Source of the DNA: Lingula anatina
Taxonomy: Eukaryota; Animalia; Brachiopoda
Assembly: GCA_051362555.1 (NCBI GenBank)
Contig: CM120646.1
Coordinates: 9,672,001 to 9,736,000 of the forward strand
Reading direction: 5' to 3'
DNA: 64,000 nt
Below the pieces are notes generated by a model. It made no database searches. It was not told the origin of the DNA and worked only from the letters and a program-made list of their open reading frames with translations. Of this stretch, positions 52,700 to 64,000 are shown in pieces. Made by a program: the position numbers and the translations under genes. Numbering within the stretch: the stretch's first letter is position 1; each line of letters starts with the position of its first letter.

Positions 52700-54470
52700 C
52701 ATTTGGGGGCTAACATTTCAAAACGATTATAGAATAACGTCTGTCTGTGGTCATGGGAGGGGAGGTAAGACTCCTGCATTTATAACTGATGTATTTGAAT
52801 ATGCGAGAGGGGGGAGTAATTTCATTTGTATATATATATTGTATATATTTTCTAAATAAAATATTTGACCAATTTTCCTCAGAAACAGGCTGAGCATTCG
52901 AGCTATTTAATATGTCGCACATATCTTTTGAGCCCCTTGTAGGTCTAACAATAACTCGTATACTTTCTGGTTGCCACGGACCGTAAGTTTTGATTTTATG
53001 CGGATTGTGATTTTTTCTGTACCGATCATTTATTGTCGCAATAATACCATTACATTGTAAAAAGCTGATTATGATGTTAGCGAGTTCAGTAAATTCTTTT
53101 TATGAATATGTTCTACCATGTTCATTAATAAGATCATTAACTTGTATATATCCTTTGTCATACATCTCTTTATAGAACAGGGTCTCTTTATTTGCCCCCA
53201 GAGAGTTATTGTACCATAATGGGACTTTATTCAACTCGGTCAATTGTTCTTTTTTTTTTCAACAATTCCCGCCAAGCTAAAAAAACATCCTTCCAAAATA
53301 AATTCTGTGTGCCTGTTTGACAGAAGCGCGAATATTCACAACCACAGTTTAGCATCAAGTCTAATTTATATCTATGCAAAAGGATATTTTGCCAAATACC
53401 CTCCGTATTTATCAACCGTATGACCCAAGTTAATTTTAATGCCATTATTGAAGCTTCTACATTTATCATATTTAGTCCTCCATCTTTTATTTTATTTTTT
53501 TGCATAATATTGGTTGAAACATTTCGGAATGACCTCCCTGATTTACTCTTGAAGTAATATTTTTATAAAAAGTTTTAATGAAATTTGTTATGTTTGGACC
53601 GAAATTAAAAAGATAAGAACTCGATTTAGAAAGTTCCAAGATATCTATTTTTACCAACCTGTAGAACGGGGAATAATTTTTTCTGTAAATCTTCTTTCTT
53701 TCAAGGCTGAAAAAATATTTTGTGGGGTTTTCTCCCTCAGTTAACCATTTCTCGCGCGATCTAATAATACTACCTTTTTACCTAGCGCCTCTCATCTCAA
53801 TTAAATGTTGTTTTTTTCTTTCTAATTCTATTTGAAGAAGGGTATCACAATTTTCAAAATCTTCTGTTAATTTTATTTCTTTCATAAGCCCTTTTCTACC
53901 GCTTGTAATTTTTTCTTCTTAAAACATGCATACGAAATTGTCGTTCCTCATTAACGTAAAAGCATAAGTTCTAGAACATCTGATCGTTTACCATACACTG
54001 CAATTCTTGGTCAGGAATGTTGTCAATATTTTCAAGATTATATATAGGACTGGAATATTCTTTTTTAAAAATCTCGTATGGATTCATTAATTTTTTCGAC
54101 ATAGTTCATGTCATATAGGAGGGAATTATTAAATTATCAAAGTCCTCTTCCTCGCTTAAAACTGTCAAATTTTACTTGAAGTTTAATTGGTGAGTGATCT
54201 GATCTATAACCAAGTAGGGTGCCACTTGAAACCAAATTTGGAAATAAGCCAAATATGGATAAAATGTACTCTTTATGTGGTTTACCAGCCAATATCAATG
54301 TTCGAAGGGAATAAAGTTTTCTCCCCCTCACGAAACATTACTCGACCCGTGCGTGCACTTGGATCCAACGTAAAGCATAAATTCAATTTTAGACTTTTTC
54401 ACATATATCTAAGTAGCTGGGCAGTAGAAATCTTCGTTGTAATAGTTTGTTAGGTCTGAATTGGGAAAAA
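52700..54470 (-). mobile_element. Degraded, internally deleted L1/Tx1-like LINE in intron 1
   Basis: Endonuclease end SDHSPIKL...RGRGL*xFNNSL; EGENPTKYFF linker; post-RT DGGLNMINV...ALKLTWVIRL...NLFWKDVFLAW. Confidence 0.85.
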
Positions 54471-54744
54471 CTAATTGCTTTGCAGGAAATGTAGACAGAG
54501 AAAATATTTTATTTTAGGAAAATTTCAAACATGTGCAGTTTTCCTATAAGATTTCATTCCGGCAACTTGGAGGTGAGAGTTTTGTTCCGTCATTTCGTAA
54601 CAATGAAAACTTGAGTTGTTACACATCATCAACATTTTGTTCTGATAGATAACTTACAAAAAAAAAAAAAGAAGAAAGAAAGAAAGAAAGAAAAAGAAAA
54701 AATAAAAATTCCAAAAACACAAAGACATTCTACACTGCAGATAC

Positions 54745-55114
54745 CTTGGTATAGAAGTTCCAGGCGTCCATGATGATTTTCCGTAAAGTCCCCGGCCAAT
54801 CGGGCACCATCAAACCAAACAGATGACTGGTTATCATCCCTTTCAACATTGGGTAGGTCTGCAGCCGTGAAAAGGATACGTTTGTCCGGTTGTCCCACTG
54901 CCAAAAGCCGTCCCTCAACGCGCACGCCGACAGCAGGGTCGAATTTAACGGTAACGCCAGGTTCTACATTCAGCGTTACCCCTGGCGGGGACTGTGATGG
55001 AATTGTTGACGTGGAACGGTTAATCTGATAAACGTAGCGTCAAATCCTCAGTAGGCGAGGTGTCTATGATAGTATAAGCATTCGAAAGGGCCGAACGAGT
55101 CCCGAAAATTATGA
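54745..55114 (-). pseudogene. Exon 1, 3' part: end of signal peptide, Bark-like repeat 1, start of SRCR
   Basis: IIFGTRSALSNAYTIIDTSPTEDLTLRLSD*PFHVNNSITVP(fs)GVTLNVEPGVTVKF..GVRVEGRLLAVG..ILFT..ARLAG..GRLELLYQG|gt. Confidence 0.85.
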
Positions 55115-57631
55115 ACAATGCAGCAAAGCTGTCAAATGTACAGACAAAAAGCAGGAAATAACTATGCACAAAATAGGCTACTGTCATTTCTGATGCAAAA
55201 GTACATTATGTTAAACTGCAAATTCAACATCAAATTTTAATTATGCTCAACAGGTAATACCAATGTAAGTAAAATGTGTAACAAGCATAAGGCTTCAGGC
55301 ATATGGCAGTTCAAGTTCACACTTTGGAAATGTATAGCTTCCAGAAAAAGAAGCCAATTAGACTGCTTTTCCAACTCAGGCTGCATTTTAGTCCTGTATT
55401 TCTTTTTTGAACGTTTGGCAATCATCAGTAACATGGTTTTCCCATAATGGTCATCATGGCAGCAGCACCCAAAATTGTGTTTTCTTCTATTCTGATGCAA
55501 TATTACATAATGGTTAACAGCATAATGACCGTTAATGTTTAATAATAAAATATACGTATCATGGATTTTCAGAAAATGTGACTAGCATGGGTCTTCAAGC
55601 CCATGGAACTTCAAAGTCACACCTTGAAAATGCCAATATGTGAAAAATTAAATTTTCACAAAAAAAAAAAAAAAACTGTTTAACTAGCAGAAAGAATTAC
55701 CAAACAGACGCATTGCCTACTGAAGCTGTATTTTAGTCCCATGTTTCTTTCCTGTACGTTTGAGAACAGTAAGTGACATGATTTTTCTTAAATGGTCATC
55801 GTGGGAGCAGTGCCCAAAATATTTTTTTCCAAATTTTGATGCAATATTACATAACGTTTAACAGCATAATGACCATCAATTTTTAATAATAAAATATTAG
55901 TATTATGTATATTCAGAAAATGTGACTAGCAAAGGTCTTCAGGCCCATGGAACTTCAAAGTCACAACTTGAAAATGCCAAAATGTAAACAAGACAGCACT
56001 GTTCTGAAATGTTTTTTTTTTAATTTTAACACTTTTTTAACATAAAACAAAATTAACAGTTTACTGCCATATGATCAACTAAGAAAATTGATGACATGTG
56101 AAAAATATCAATAGAACAGTGTCAAATGTCCAATTTCCTCCATTCTGAGTTTCTGAACATAATGAATGATTGAATCTTACAAACTGCAATAATATGAGTT
56201 TATTTCCATTTTTGAAACTTTATTACACAATACACGATAAGAAGTTTACCATCATTTTTAAAAAATCAACTAACAATGTTGTAAAGATGCAGGAAATGTC
56301 AAACAAACACTTTTACTTATCTTATTAATTAAAAAATGAAACTGTTAACATGCCTAAAAACTGAATCTGAGGAAATGTGAAACAAGACAGCACTATTCTG
56401 AAATGGGTTTATTTCCATTTTTAACACTTTTTTAACATAAAACAAAATTAACAGTTTACTGCCATTTTTATATGATCAACTAAGAAAATTGATGAGATGT
56501 GAAAAATATCAATAGAACAGTGTCAAATGTCTGATTTCCTCCATTCTGAGTTTCTGAACATAGTGAATGATTGAATCTTACAAACTGCAATGATATGAGT
56601 TTATTTCCATTTTTGACACTTTATTACACAATACACGATAAGAAGTTTACCATCATTTTTACGTAATCAACTAATAATGTTGTAAAGATGCAGGAAATGT
56701 CAAACAAACTCTTTAACGTATCTTATTAATTAAATAATGAGACTGTTAACATGCCTAAGAATTGAATCTGAGGAAATGTGAAAAAACAGCATATCTTATA
56801 AAATAATGCCCCAATTATGCTGATTTTCGAACTTTTCCTGCGTTTTAGTAAGATTGATTACTCCTGTGAGTTTCATGACAACAGGCCTATCAGTTTTCCT
56901 TGAAATGTGTTAACAGTGTTGCATATATGCTGAAAAGTGAAAAAACAGCATAAATTCTACAATAATGGCCCGATGATTTTCGAACTTGACCTGCGTTTTA
57001 TGAAAATTCATCAGCTCTGTAAATATAAAGCCAAAAAGTAAAACCGTCTTCAACTTATGGTGTTAACGCTGAAAGTGCACGGCGACATGATCGGCGACGG
57101 CGACGGCGACGACAGACGCAGGTGATGGCAATATGTACAGACACATCTGTGTCTGTACATAATAATGAGACTGTTAACATGCCTAAGAATTGAATCTGAG
57201 GAAATGTGAAAAAACAGCATAACTTCTAAAATAATGGCCCGATAATGCTGATTTTCGAACTTGACCTGCGTTTTAGTGAGATTGATTACTCCTGTGAGTT
57301 TCATGACAACAGCCTATCGGTTTTCCTTGAAATGTGTTAACAGTTTTGCATATAAGCTAAAAAGTGAAAAAAACAGCATAACTTCTACAATAATTGCCCA
57401 AACATGCTGATTTTCGAACTTGACCTGCGTTTTATAAATATTTATCAGCTCTGTATATATAAAGCCAAAAAGTAAAACTGTCTTCCACTTATCGTGTTAA
57501 CGATGAAAGTGCACGGCGACGGCGACAGCGACATCGACGGCGACAGGGACGGCGACAGGGACGGCGACGGCGACGGCGACGACAGACGCAGGTGATGGCA
57601 ATATGTACAGACACATCTGTGTCTGTACATA
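55115..57631 (-). mobile_element. HINE family 2 copy with a duplicated 5' head, inserted in exon 1
   Basis: Reverse complement of 14435-16380. 3' end ACAATGCAGCAAAGCTGTCAAATGTACAGACA at 55115; 5' hairpins at ~57132-57161 and ~57602-57631; T|T insertion with no TSD. Confidence 0.92.
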
Positions 57632-57674
57632 AAAAGACGGAGAGTAATTTCCCTCCAACTCCGGTCGATTCCAT
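57632..57674 (-). pseudogene. Exon 1, 5' part: start codon and first half of the signal peptide
   Basis: ATG GAA TCG ACC...CTC TCC GTC TTT T (MESTGVGGKLLSVF) joins in frame to TC ATA ATT at 55114. Confidence 0.75.
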
Positions 57675-58039
57675 ATCTCACCTTCGAGTGAGGTTATTTA
57701 ATCATGCATATTGTTTATGGTTAAGGGTATACTTCCAATGAAAAACATATCTTATCAACAAGGAGACTTTGAAGATCAACACTTCTGTCTTGTTCAAACG
57801 TTGGCTGACTTGGGGATCGACGCTCTGCAAATATTTAGTCAAATTTGAAACGAGATATTACAGGAGACTACTTTAAAATATAGCATTATAAGCGTTGTTT
57901 TTTCCTAATGCGAATGCCAATGAGTTTTTTCTTCCAACCAAACGTTTATATTTTGCAAAAGCGACCTTTTTAAAGTTCCCAGGTTCCACGTTTAAAAATA
58001 TGCACAAATTACCAACTTCTTTCTCGTTGTGCTACTGGT

Positions 58040-58500
58040 ATGTGTATGAATCATTTTGATTCCAATCACCATCTCACGCCATACAGACTTTTCTTGGCCA
58101 CCCTTCTCGCCAGATCTCAATCCCCCAGATTTCTTCCTTTGGGGGCACCTTAACAAAAAAAAAAAAAAAATGAAGTTTAAAAGACACAAACTCGAGACAC
58201 TTTGAAGACAAACATTCGAAGAAAAGTAAGGAGCAGTCCGGCTGACATTATTGCAAGAGCCATTGCCAATGTTCGCGTGGCCGCCGTTATTCAGCAGCGG
58301 GGAGAGTGGATAGAACGCATTATCAATCATTGAAATTTGACTACTTTAATGGTTTCCAATTTCCGCAGAATGTGGAGGGTTAAAATTATCATCTTTATGG
58401 AACAACTTGGCGAAAGAAAGCTGGGATTATCTTAATTGAATGTACATCTAAATTGGATCTAAGATGGAAAGTAAAATAGGTATTTTTTATGTACACTCTG
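58040..58500 (+). mobile_element. Tc1/mariner transposase 3' relic
   Basis: WPPFSPDLNPPDFFLWGHL at ~58095-58150, and AVIQQRGEWIERII near the end. Confidence 0.85.
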
Positions 58501-58644
58501 TGTACATCTGTTTTGCGTTTCTAATGGCGACGTACTAATAAAACGGCAGCAAAGCAACCAGGAAGGTTAAAAGTTATCAATAGATATATGTGAACGCGTG
58601 GTAAAGCGGGAGGAATGACATGGCACCGGCTGAAACGCCACTTA

Positions 58645-61483
58645 GGGACCGGTCATTACTTAAGTTGGAGGGGGGAATTGGAGGAGAAAATGGGGTGCCT
58701 GAAATTTTTCAAGCAAATATTAAGAGGGTCTTGAAATTTGAAAATGACAGATAAGTTGTTATTGAACAAAGTTATTTTTTGTGACATGTCATGTAAGACA
58801 TAGTGAAAAATACAAATTTTTCACGCGGAAACTTTTATTACAATAATAATAATTAATAATCTTTATTGAGCAATAAAATGTGTATAAGTTACATTTTACA
58901 GGCTCTTATCATAAAACTTTATAATAGCTATACAAACATGTACAAATACTTATGGAATTATTACTGGGAAGTAGCACAGAATAAACGAGTATTGCTACTG
59001 ATAGGTGTATCCTTTTTTTCACACTTTCATAAATACAACATTGGTCAAAAAGGTTGTCGCACCCCCAGTTTCATGTGCTTTTAGTTATAAATGATCACAA
59101 CACAGGATTTAATTGCTATGAATGGTGTTTTTCATTACAGATACCATAACTGACATGATTATTGGTACAGAAAATACTAAATAGCGGTTAAGATATCCAT
59201 ATTTAATGCCATTTATTCACATTTATTACATGTACCCCCTCAAATCCGATGTACCACTGTCATTACCATGGAGGTAAAGAAATGCCCATTGAAAAGACAC
59301 CACCAAAAGTCACCAAATTTACACACATTTAGTATTAGGGTGTGCTCGTTAAAGGTCACGTGTCTATTTGCGTGTGTGGCTACCGCCCACTGTAATTATC
59401 TCCTGTAGACTGCGCCACCGCCTTCAACAAGGGTAACAATTCTGTTTTGTGGGATTTTGCCCCATGTTTCCTAAAAAGCTTGGCGGAATTGGTCCGGACT
59501 AGTTGGGGTTTAGTTCTCCCCTAGATTGCACACTTCAATTCACGCCACGGGTTCTCAGTAGGTTTATTATCAGGATTAAAAGATGGTTTCTCCAGTTTCA
59601 GAACATTGGGTTTCTGCAATAAATCTTTCACCACATGAGAACTGTGTGCAAGCGTGCTGTCATGGTGAAGCCTGGATCATCCCCGAAGTCCCCTCTTGGA
59701 ATGAGGTATCAGTTAAGAATGTTAGGTTCAGTGACCCCAGAACTACCAGAACTTGGTCAACCATCACTAGGAACAAGTTGGTTTTGCTGAAGAATCAAGG
59801 TAGTTCTTGTGTGCGTTCGATGGTCAAATTAGGGCCCGTAGACATGTTGCAGAATGCTTTTTGGAAGGTTTGTGCAGGAAAATATCGCCTGAGGTGTCAG
59901 GCCAGACCACGTTTGGAGCGAATTCCAAGCCCATGTTTTTAGTGCATTGTTCTTTCCAGAAAAGAACGTTATTGGGGCAATTCACTGAAACGTTCTTAAC
60001 AAATATCTCACTCCATTTGCAAGAGATGACTTCAGGGATACTGCAGGCGTCATTGTGGAAATGCACGTGCTCACAACTCTCGTCTGCTGAGTGATTTGTT
60101 GCAGAAACCCAATGTTCAGAGGATAGAGCAACCACCTTTGAGCCATGTTATTAACCTTACTAAACATCTGTGGCATGAATTAAAGTGTGCAATGGAAAGG
60201 AGAACCAAACTCCTAATAATCTGGACTAACTCCCCCAAGCTCTTTCGGAAGAATGGGACAATATCCCATAAAACAGAATTGTTACCCTTGTTGAAGGCAG
60301 GCTGCGCCACCTACAGGAAGTAATTACAGTACGCGGTAAACACAAACGCTATTAGACACATGACCTTTAACGAGCACACCTAATGCTAAATGTGTGTAAA
60401 TTTGGTGACATTTGGTGATGTCATTTCAATTTAATGGACATTTCTTTGCCCCTGTGAAAATCACAGCGAAACGTCGGATTTGAGGGGGTACATGTAATAA
60501 ATGTGAATAAATGGTATTAAATATTGATATCCGATAGTTTGTATTTTCTGTATCAATAATCATGTTAGTTATGGTACCTGGAATGAAAATCATTATTTAT
60601 AACAATCTTCACCTGTGTTGCGATCATTTATAAATAAAAGCACATAATACTTAGGGTGGGACAACCTTTTTGACCAATGTTGTATATATGGCTGTAAGGC
60701 TCTCAAGCATGGTTCACGTTTCGGACTGAGCAGCCACTGAAGTTTTTCCTGATCTGTTTTTTGCTCAGGAGGTATCATGAGTCTACTTCTTCCGTCACCA
60801 TGTTCTTCACATTTCAGTAAAATGGATTTCCATTTCAATTTCATTACAGTGGGGGCACTTACGATTTTCAGAAGGGGTTTTAGGAGAATTATAGCGGCCC
60901 CGTTCAATTTCTAAGTCGTGGTCACTAATCAACATTTTTGCAATAGTCTTTATTTCTGATGATGTGGCTTTCATTCAGAGATATTTTTCAGGGGCGTTAA
61001 GTTTTCTTAAGTAATCGATATCTTGTTTGAGAACAGGGCTGCTTTAGGAGCAAAATTTGTCGTTCGAGCCTTTTTCTTTAAATTTTCAATTGTTGTATTT
61101 GTAATTATAAAGGTTAAACCCTGATAATTGTACTCTTTTACTGATTCAATGATTATATTATTTATTGTAAATGTTGTGGCAGAGTCTAATTTTCCATTTT
61201 TTATTGAAAATCATACAACCTTGGACTTTTCTCGTTTATGATTAGTTTCCACTTTTTACAGTAAGCTCGCAGTGCCGTTAGTTTGTTTTGTAGACCTTTT
61301 TTAGATGCAGACAATAGGACAAGGTCGTAAGCATACAAGATATTGAGGGGGTGGCTAAGTTATTCAATCAATCCATAAGGGAGATCTAGAAAAATGTGAA
61401 TGCTGTCAGTGGTTGTCTCGACTTTTTTGGTGGGAATTGCAGACATTTCCCCTTCCCCCCCAACTTAAATAATTACCAGTCCC
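58645..61483. mobile_element. Non-autonomous TIR element with GGGAC termini, hosting the Tc1 foldback
   Basis: GGGACCGGTCATTACTTAAGTTGGAGGGG / CCCCCCCAACTTAAATAATTACCAGTCCC; flanks TTA / ATA. Confidence 0.7.
59036..60682. mobile_element. Foldback Tc1-like element made of two inverted 3' halves
   Basis: TA at 59034-35 and 60683-84; ends CAACATTGGTCAAAAAGGTTGTC / GACAACCTTTTTGACCAATGTTG. Both arms carry a transposase C-terminus (DLLQKPNV...WHELKCA on +, WRELKCA on -). Confidence 0.9.
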
Positions 61484-61848
61484 ATAGGTAATGTATTAGG
61501 CTTCGTTCACATGAAAAATCGAAATTCCAAAAATCCATTGGCGGTATCTAGTGATCACGGTCTGTGCCCTGAATACCCCGCGGCGTAATTAACTAGCAGC
61601 GAGAGCAAGTCGTTTCCAAAGCTGTAATTGATTCTCGGCTGCGCTCGGAGGAGATTATGACACCTGGGCGCATGCGCAGTAGTATCTTTAAAGTGTGGAG
61701 TTCATCAGTTTAGCACTCATATCTGTCGTACGCGGACCTTGTGTTCTTCGTCTTGTTGTTGCACAAAATCGACAAACACATTTTTTAAAGCAACCGCGAC
61801 CGCCATTTTCTTTCTCTCTAACTTATTACTGCGCATACTTAAGCCAGC

Positions 61849-61866
61849 TTTTTAGCTCACCTGAAC
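61849..61866 (+). mobile_element. Possible isolated 5' end of another HINE-type family
   Basis: TTTTTAGCTCACCTGAAC resembles, from recall, a common invertebrate Helentron/HINE start; no partner end found. Confidence 0.25.
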
Positions 61867-62672
61867 ATCGTGGTGTCCTTGGTCAAACTTACACATGTAC
61901 AATCCTCACTGTCACTTCGCAGGGCTGAAAGTAGATCAGGCAATTAAGTTTGGGATGTTACTAAAAACAACCTAGTCGCGCAAAGCTATTTAAACGAGTG
62001 GGTTTTGTGGTTAACATGGGTGACAACAGTGTGAGCTTAAGATCTGCAGCTAGTGTTAGATCGCATTCCCACAGAAGGGATACCTGAATGAGTATATAAA
62101 TGGTAGTACTATTTTGACAATAGGAAAAGAATATTAAAGAAAAACAGAAAATCAACAATACGTTGCAAATCAACAAGGTGTCATGTACCAAAAAGTCCCC
62201 CATCCATTTGTACAGGTAAGACTCGCACTACATGTAGATTTTGACCCACTTAGGTCAGGCTAACCCTTACGATTATAACTATTTGGAGGGCGGACTTTCT
62301 GTTACACGGACACTCAGTTTCGTGACACCGGCATATATCTGTCAATGGTAGAAACTGAGATGGTTTGAATTAAAGTCTTCATTCAGTCTTTTACGATAAC
62401 GCTCATTAAATTATACGTATCGTTGCGTTTCTTTATTTTACTGTACGAAACAATCGGTATATAAAGCAAAAACAAATGCTGCCACCATCTATCAGTTGTA
62501 TGTTTTCTTTATTTCTCCTGACAACTGAAAGTTTTTTTGTACAACCTTCAGGCTAAACTAAGGCTGTAAATGGCTGTAAATCTCTAACTGTAAAACAACC
62601 TTCTTCTATCCCGCACCTCTACACTATTCAACTATCCAACTATTCTCCACTATCCCCAACACTATGTAGCTC

Positions 62673-62674
<2 letters not shown>

Positions 62675-62736
<62 letters not shown>
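62675..62736. repeat. (TA)n microsatellite
   Basis: Direct reading. Confidence 0.97.
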
Positions 62737-62739
<3 letters not shown>

Positions 62740-62777
62740 ACAAAAGCTCAAGCACACGCAGCCCGCTCTGTACCCCA

Positions 62778-62900
62778 TTGACGGAAATTTGGATACCACT
62801 CCGCAGGGCAGAAATCTGGACAGAGAGCAGAAATCTGTGCGGAAGCCAAGTCTGCGCCTGGCAGAAATCTGGCTGGGAGCCAAATCTGCGCCGCTGACCT
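62778..62900. repeat. Short GC-richer repeats resembling DNA-transposon subterminal repeats
   Basis: GCAGAAATCTG three times, alternating with GCCAARTCTGCGCC. Confidence 0.55.
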
Positions 62901-63119
62901 AGCTAGCGCGTGCTACCGGCGCGTCAATCCCATGTCCAAAACAATTACAGTCACTGAGATCGAGAACGCAACAGTATAATACGACTGAAAACTGTATCTC
63001 TTAGTCCACATTTGTTTTGTATTTGTTTAGCATAATGCAAATTAATTATTACCGCAAAAACAATTCTCTCTGAAGATTTATTTCCTTTTCGAATGTTGTC
63101 CGACTGTTCACGGTCTGCG

Positions 63120-64000
63120 TTAGTTAGGTGATTTTATTCCCACATACAATAACATCAGCAATACACATTATCATATACAGGTTTAAACAATATTCTACTA
63201 ATATTTAGTCAAACAAAGTCTTATACATATGCGTGCTTCTGTAATTCGAAGACTAGCGAAAACGTTCTTCAAAAGTGTGTATTGAACGAAACTGATCTGG
63301 GCACTCAGCTGTCAAAGACTACATACTATGTATGCTGTCAAAGACTACATATTCCTCCGTTTGAATCGCACCTCTCAGCAAAATTGAAGTAAATGGAACG
63401 TAGGCTATCCCACCACGGAAAATTTTATACAAAATACACATAAATTTGATTCTACTACATTTATCCGAAATAAAAAAGAATTTGTTCCTAAGATTCTATT
63501 GACCAGTCGATATTGAAACCATCTAAGGCTCATATCATCCAACTTCTTAATCGAGTTATTCTTTTCCATCCACTATTTTTCATCGTGGTACACATTCAAC
63601 TCACTTTCCCATTTTATTTCACTTTTTGGTCTAAAATACAAGCTAGTAACAAAGGTATCGTATAGAGGTCTTACTCCCTTTTGATTTCTCATCAGAACTT
63701 CTAGAAATTTTGGTCTAAAGGGAATATTCATATAGATATCAATGTTTTTCTTATTTCTAATCATTTTCTCGATGCACTGTACAATGCCATAAAACATTGT
63801 GAATGGTGGTTAGAAATTAAATTTACTACAAAAATTGGCATAATTTAAACAGTTATTATTTTCATCTACAAAATCAAATACACGAACTATTCCTTTCTCA
63901 TGCCACTTCTTGTAATAAATCGTTTTACTATTGATTTTTATCATATTATTAAACCATACCGCTTGATAAAACTCTAAATCAGCCTTATCAATTATTTGTC
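63120..64000 (-). mobile_element. L1/Tx1-like LINE 3' fragment, continuing past the window
   Basis: VWFNNMIKINSKTIYYKKWHEKGIVRVFDF; KSEIKWESELN; LRWFQYRLVNRILGTN, followed by an eroded Cys/His segment. Confidence 0.85.

Larger units (their letters stand above)
34772..57674 (-). pseudogene. Disabled multi-exon gene (>20 exons) for a large type I membrane protein: Bark beetle/Anakonda-like SRCR + beta-helix + CUB-like repeats joined to Cys-rich/EGF, VWD, EGF, TM
   Basis: GT-AG-bounded exons with compatible phases, all on the minus strand. ATG at 57674, stop at 34772. In-frame stops at 55020-22, 50658-60, 49633-35, 47888-90, 46941-43, 45116-18, 43502-04 and 35087-89, plus frameshifts and a TE in exon 1. 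Confidence 0.85.

Noticed and set aside
59583-60323. Intact Tc1 transposase
   Set aside because: Only decayed C-terminal fragments; no N-terminal DNA-binding region or continuous DDE frame.

Overview
AT-rich, intron-containing genomic DNA from an animal, most likely a marine invertebrate (inferred from the repeat families; the species cannot be named). The window has three zones. (1) 1-~22.9 kb is a complex satellite: ~193-bp monomers, each with an internal hairpin, interspersed with 10 full copies of an exon-like cassette in variable higher-order units. It is interrupted by a TTAA piggyBac relic, two Helentron/HINE-type elements with their own internal arrays, and a truncated third HINE at the border with older, degenerate monomers. 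(2) ~23-34.7 kb is intergenic, with MITEs, tRNA-like SINE heads, a LINE fragment and possible orphan exons. (3) 57,674->34,772 on the minus strand is a ~23-kb multi-exon gene for a large type I membrane protein: signal peptide, three Bark-beetle/Anakonda-like SRCR/beta-helix/CUB-like repeats, Cys-rich/EGF, VWD, EGF, TM and a short tail. This copy is disabled: at least 8 in-frame stops, several frameshifts and a 2.5-kb HINE inserted in its signal-peptide codons. That HINE family also sits in the satellite. Upstream are a mariner relic, a foldback Tc1 nested in another TIR element, and Tx1/L1-like fragments. No prokaryotic features or CRISPR array. All calls are from reading the sequence; no database search was run.
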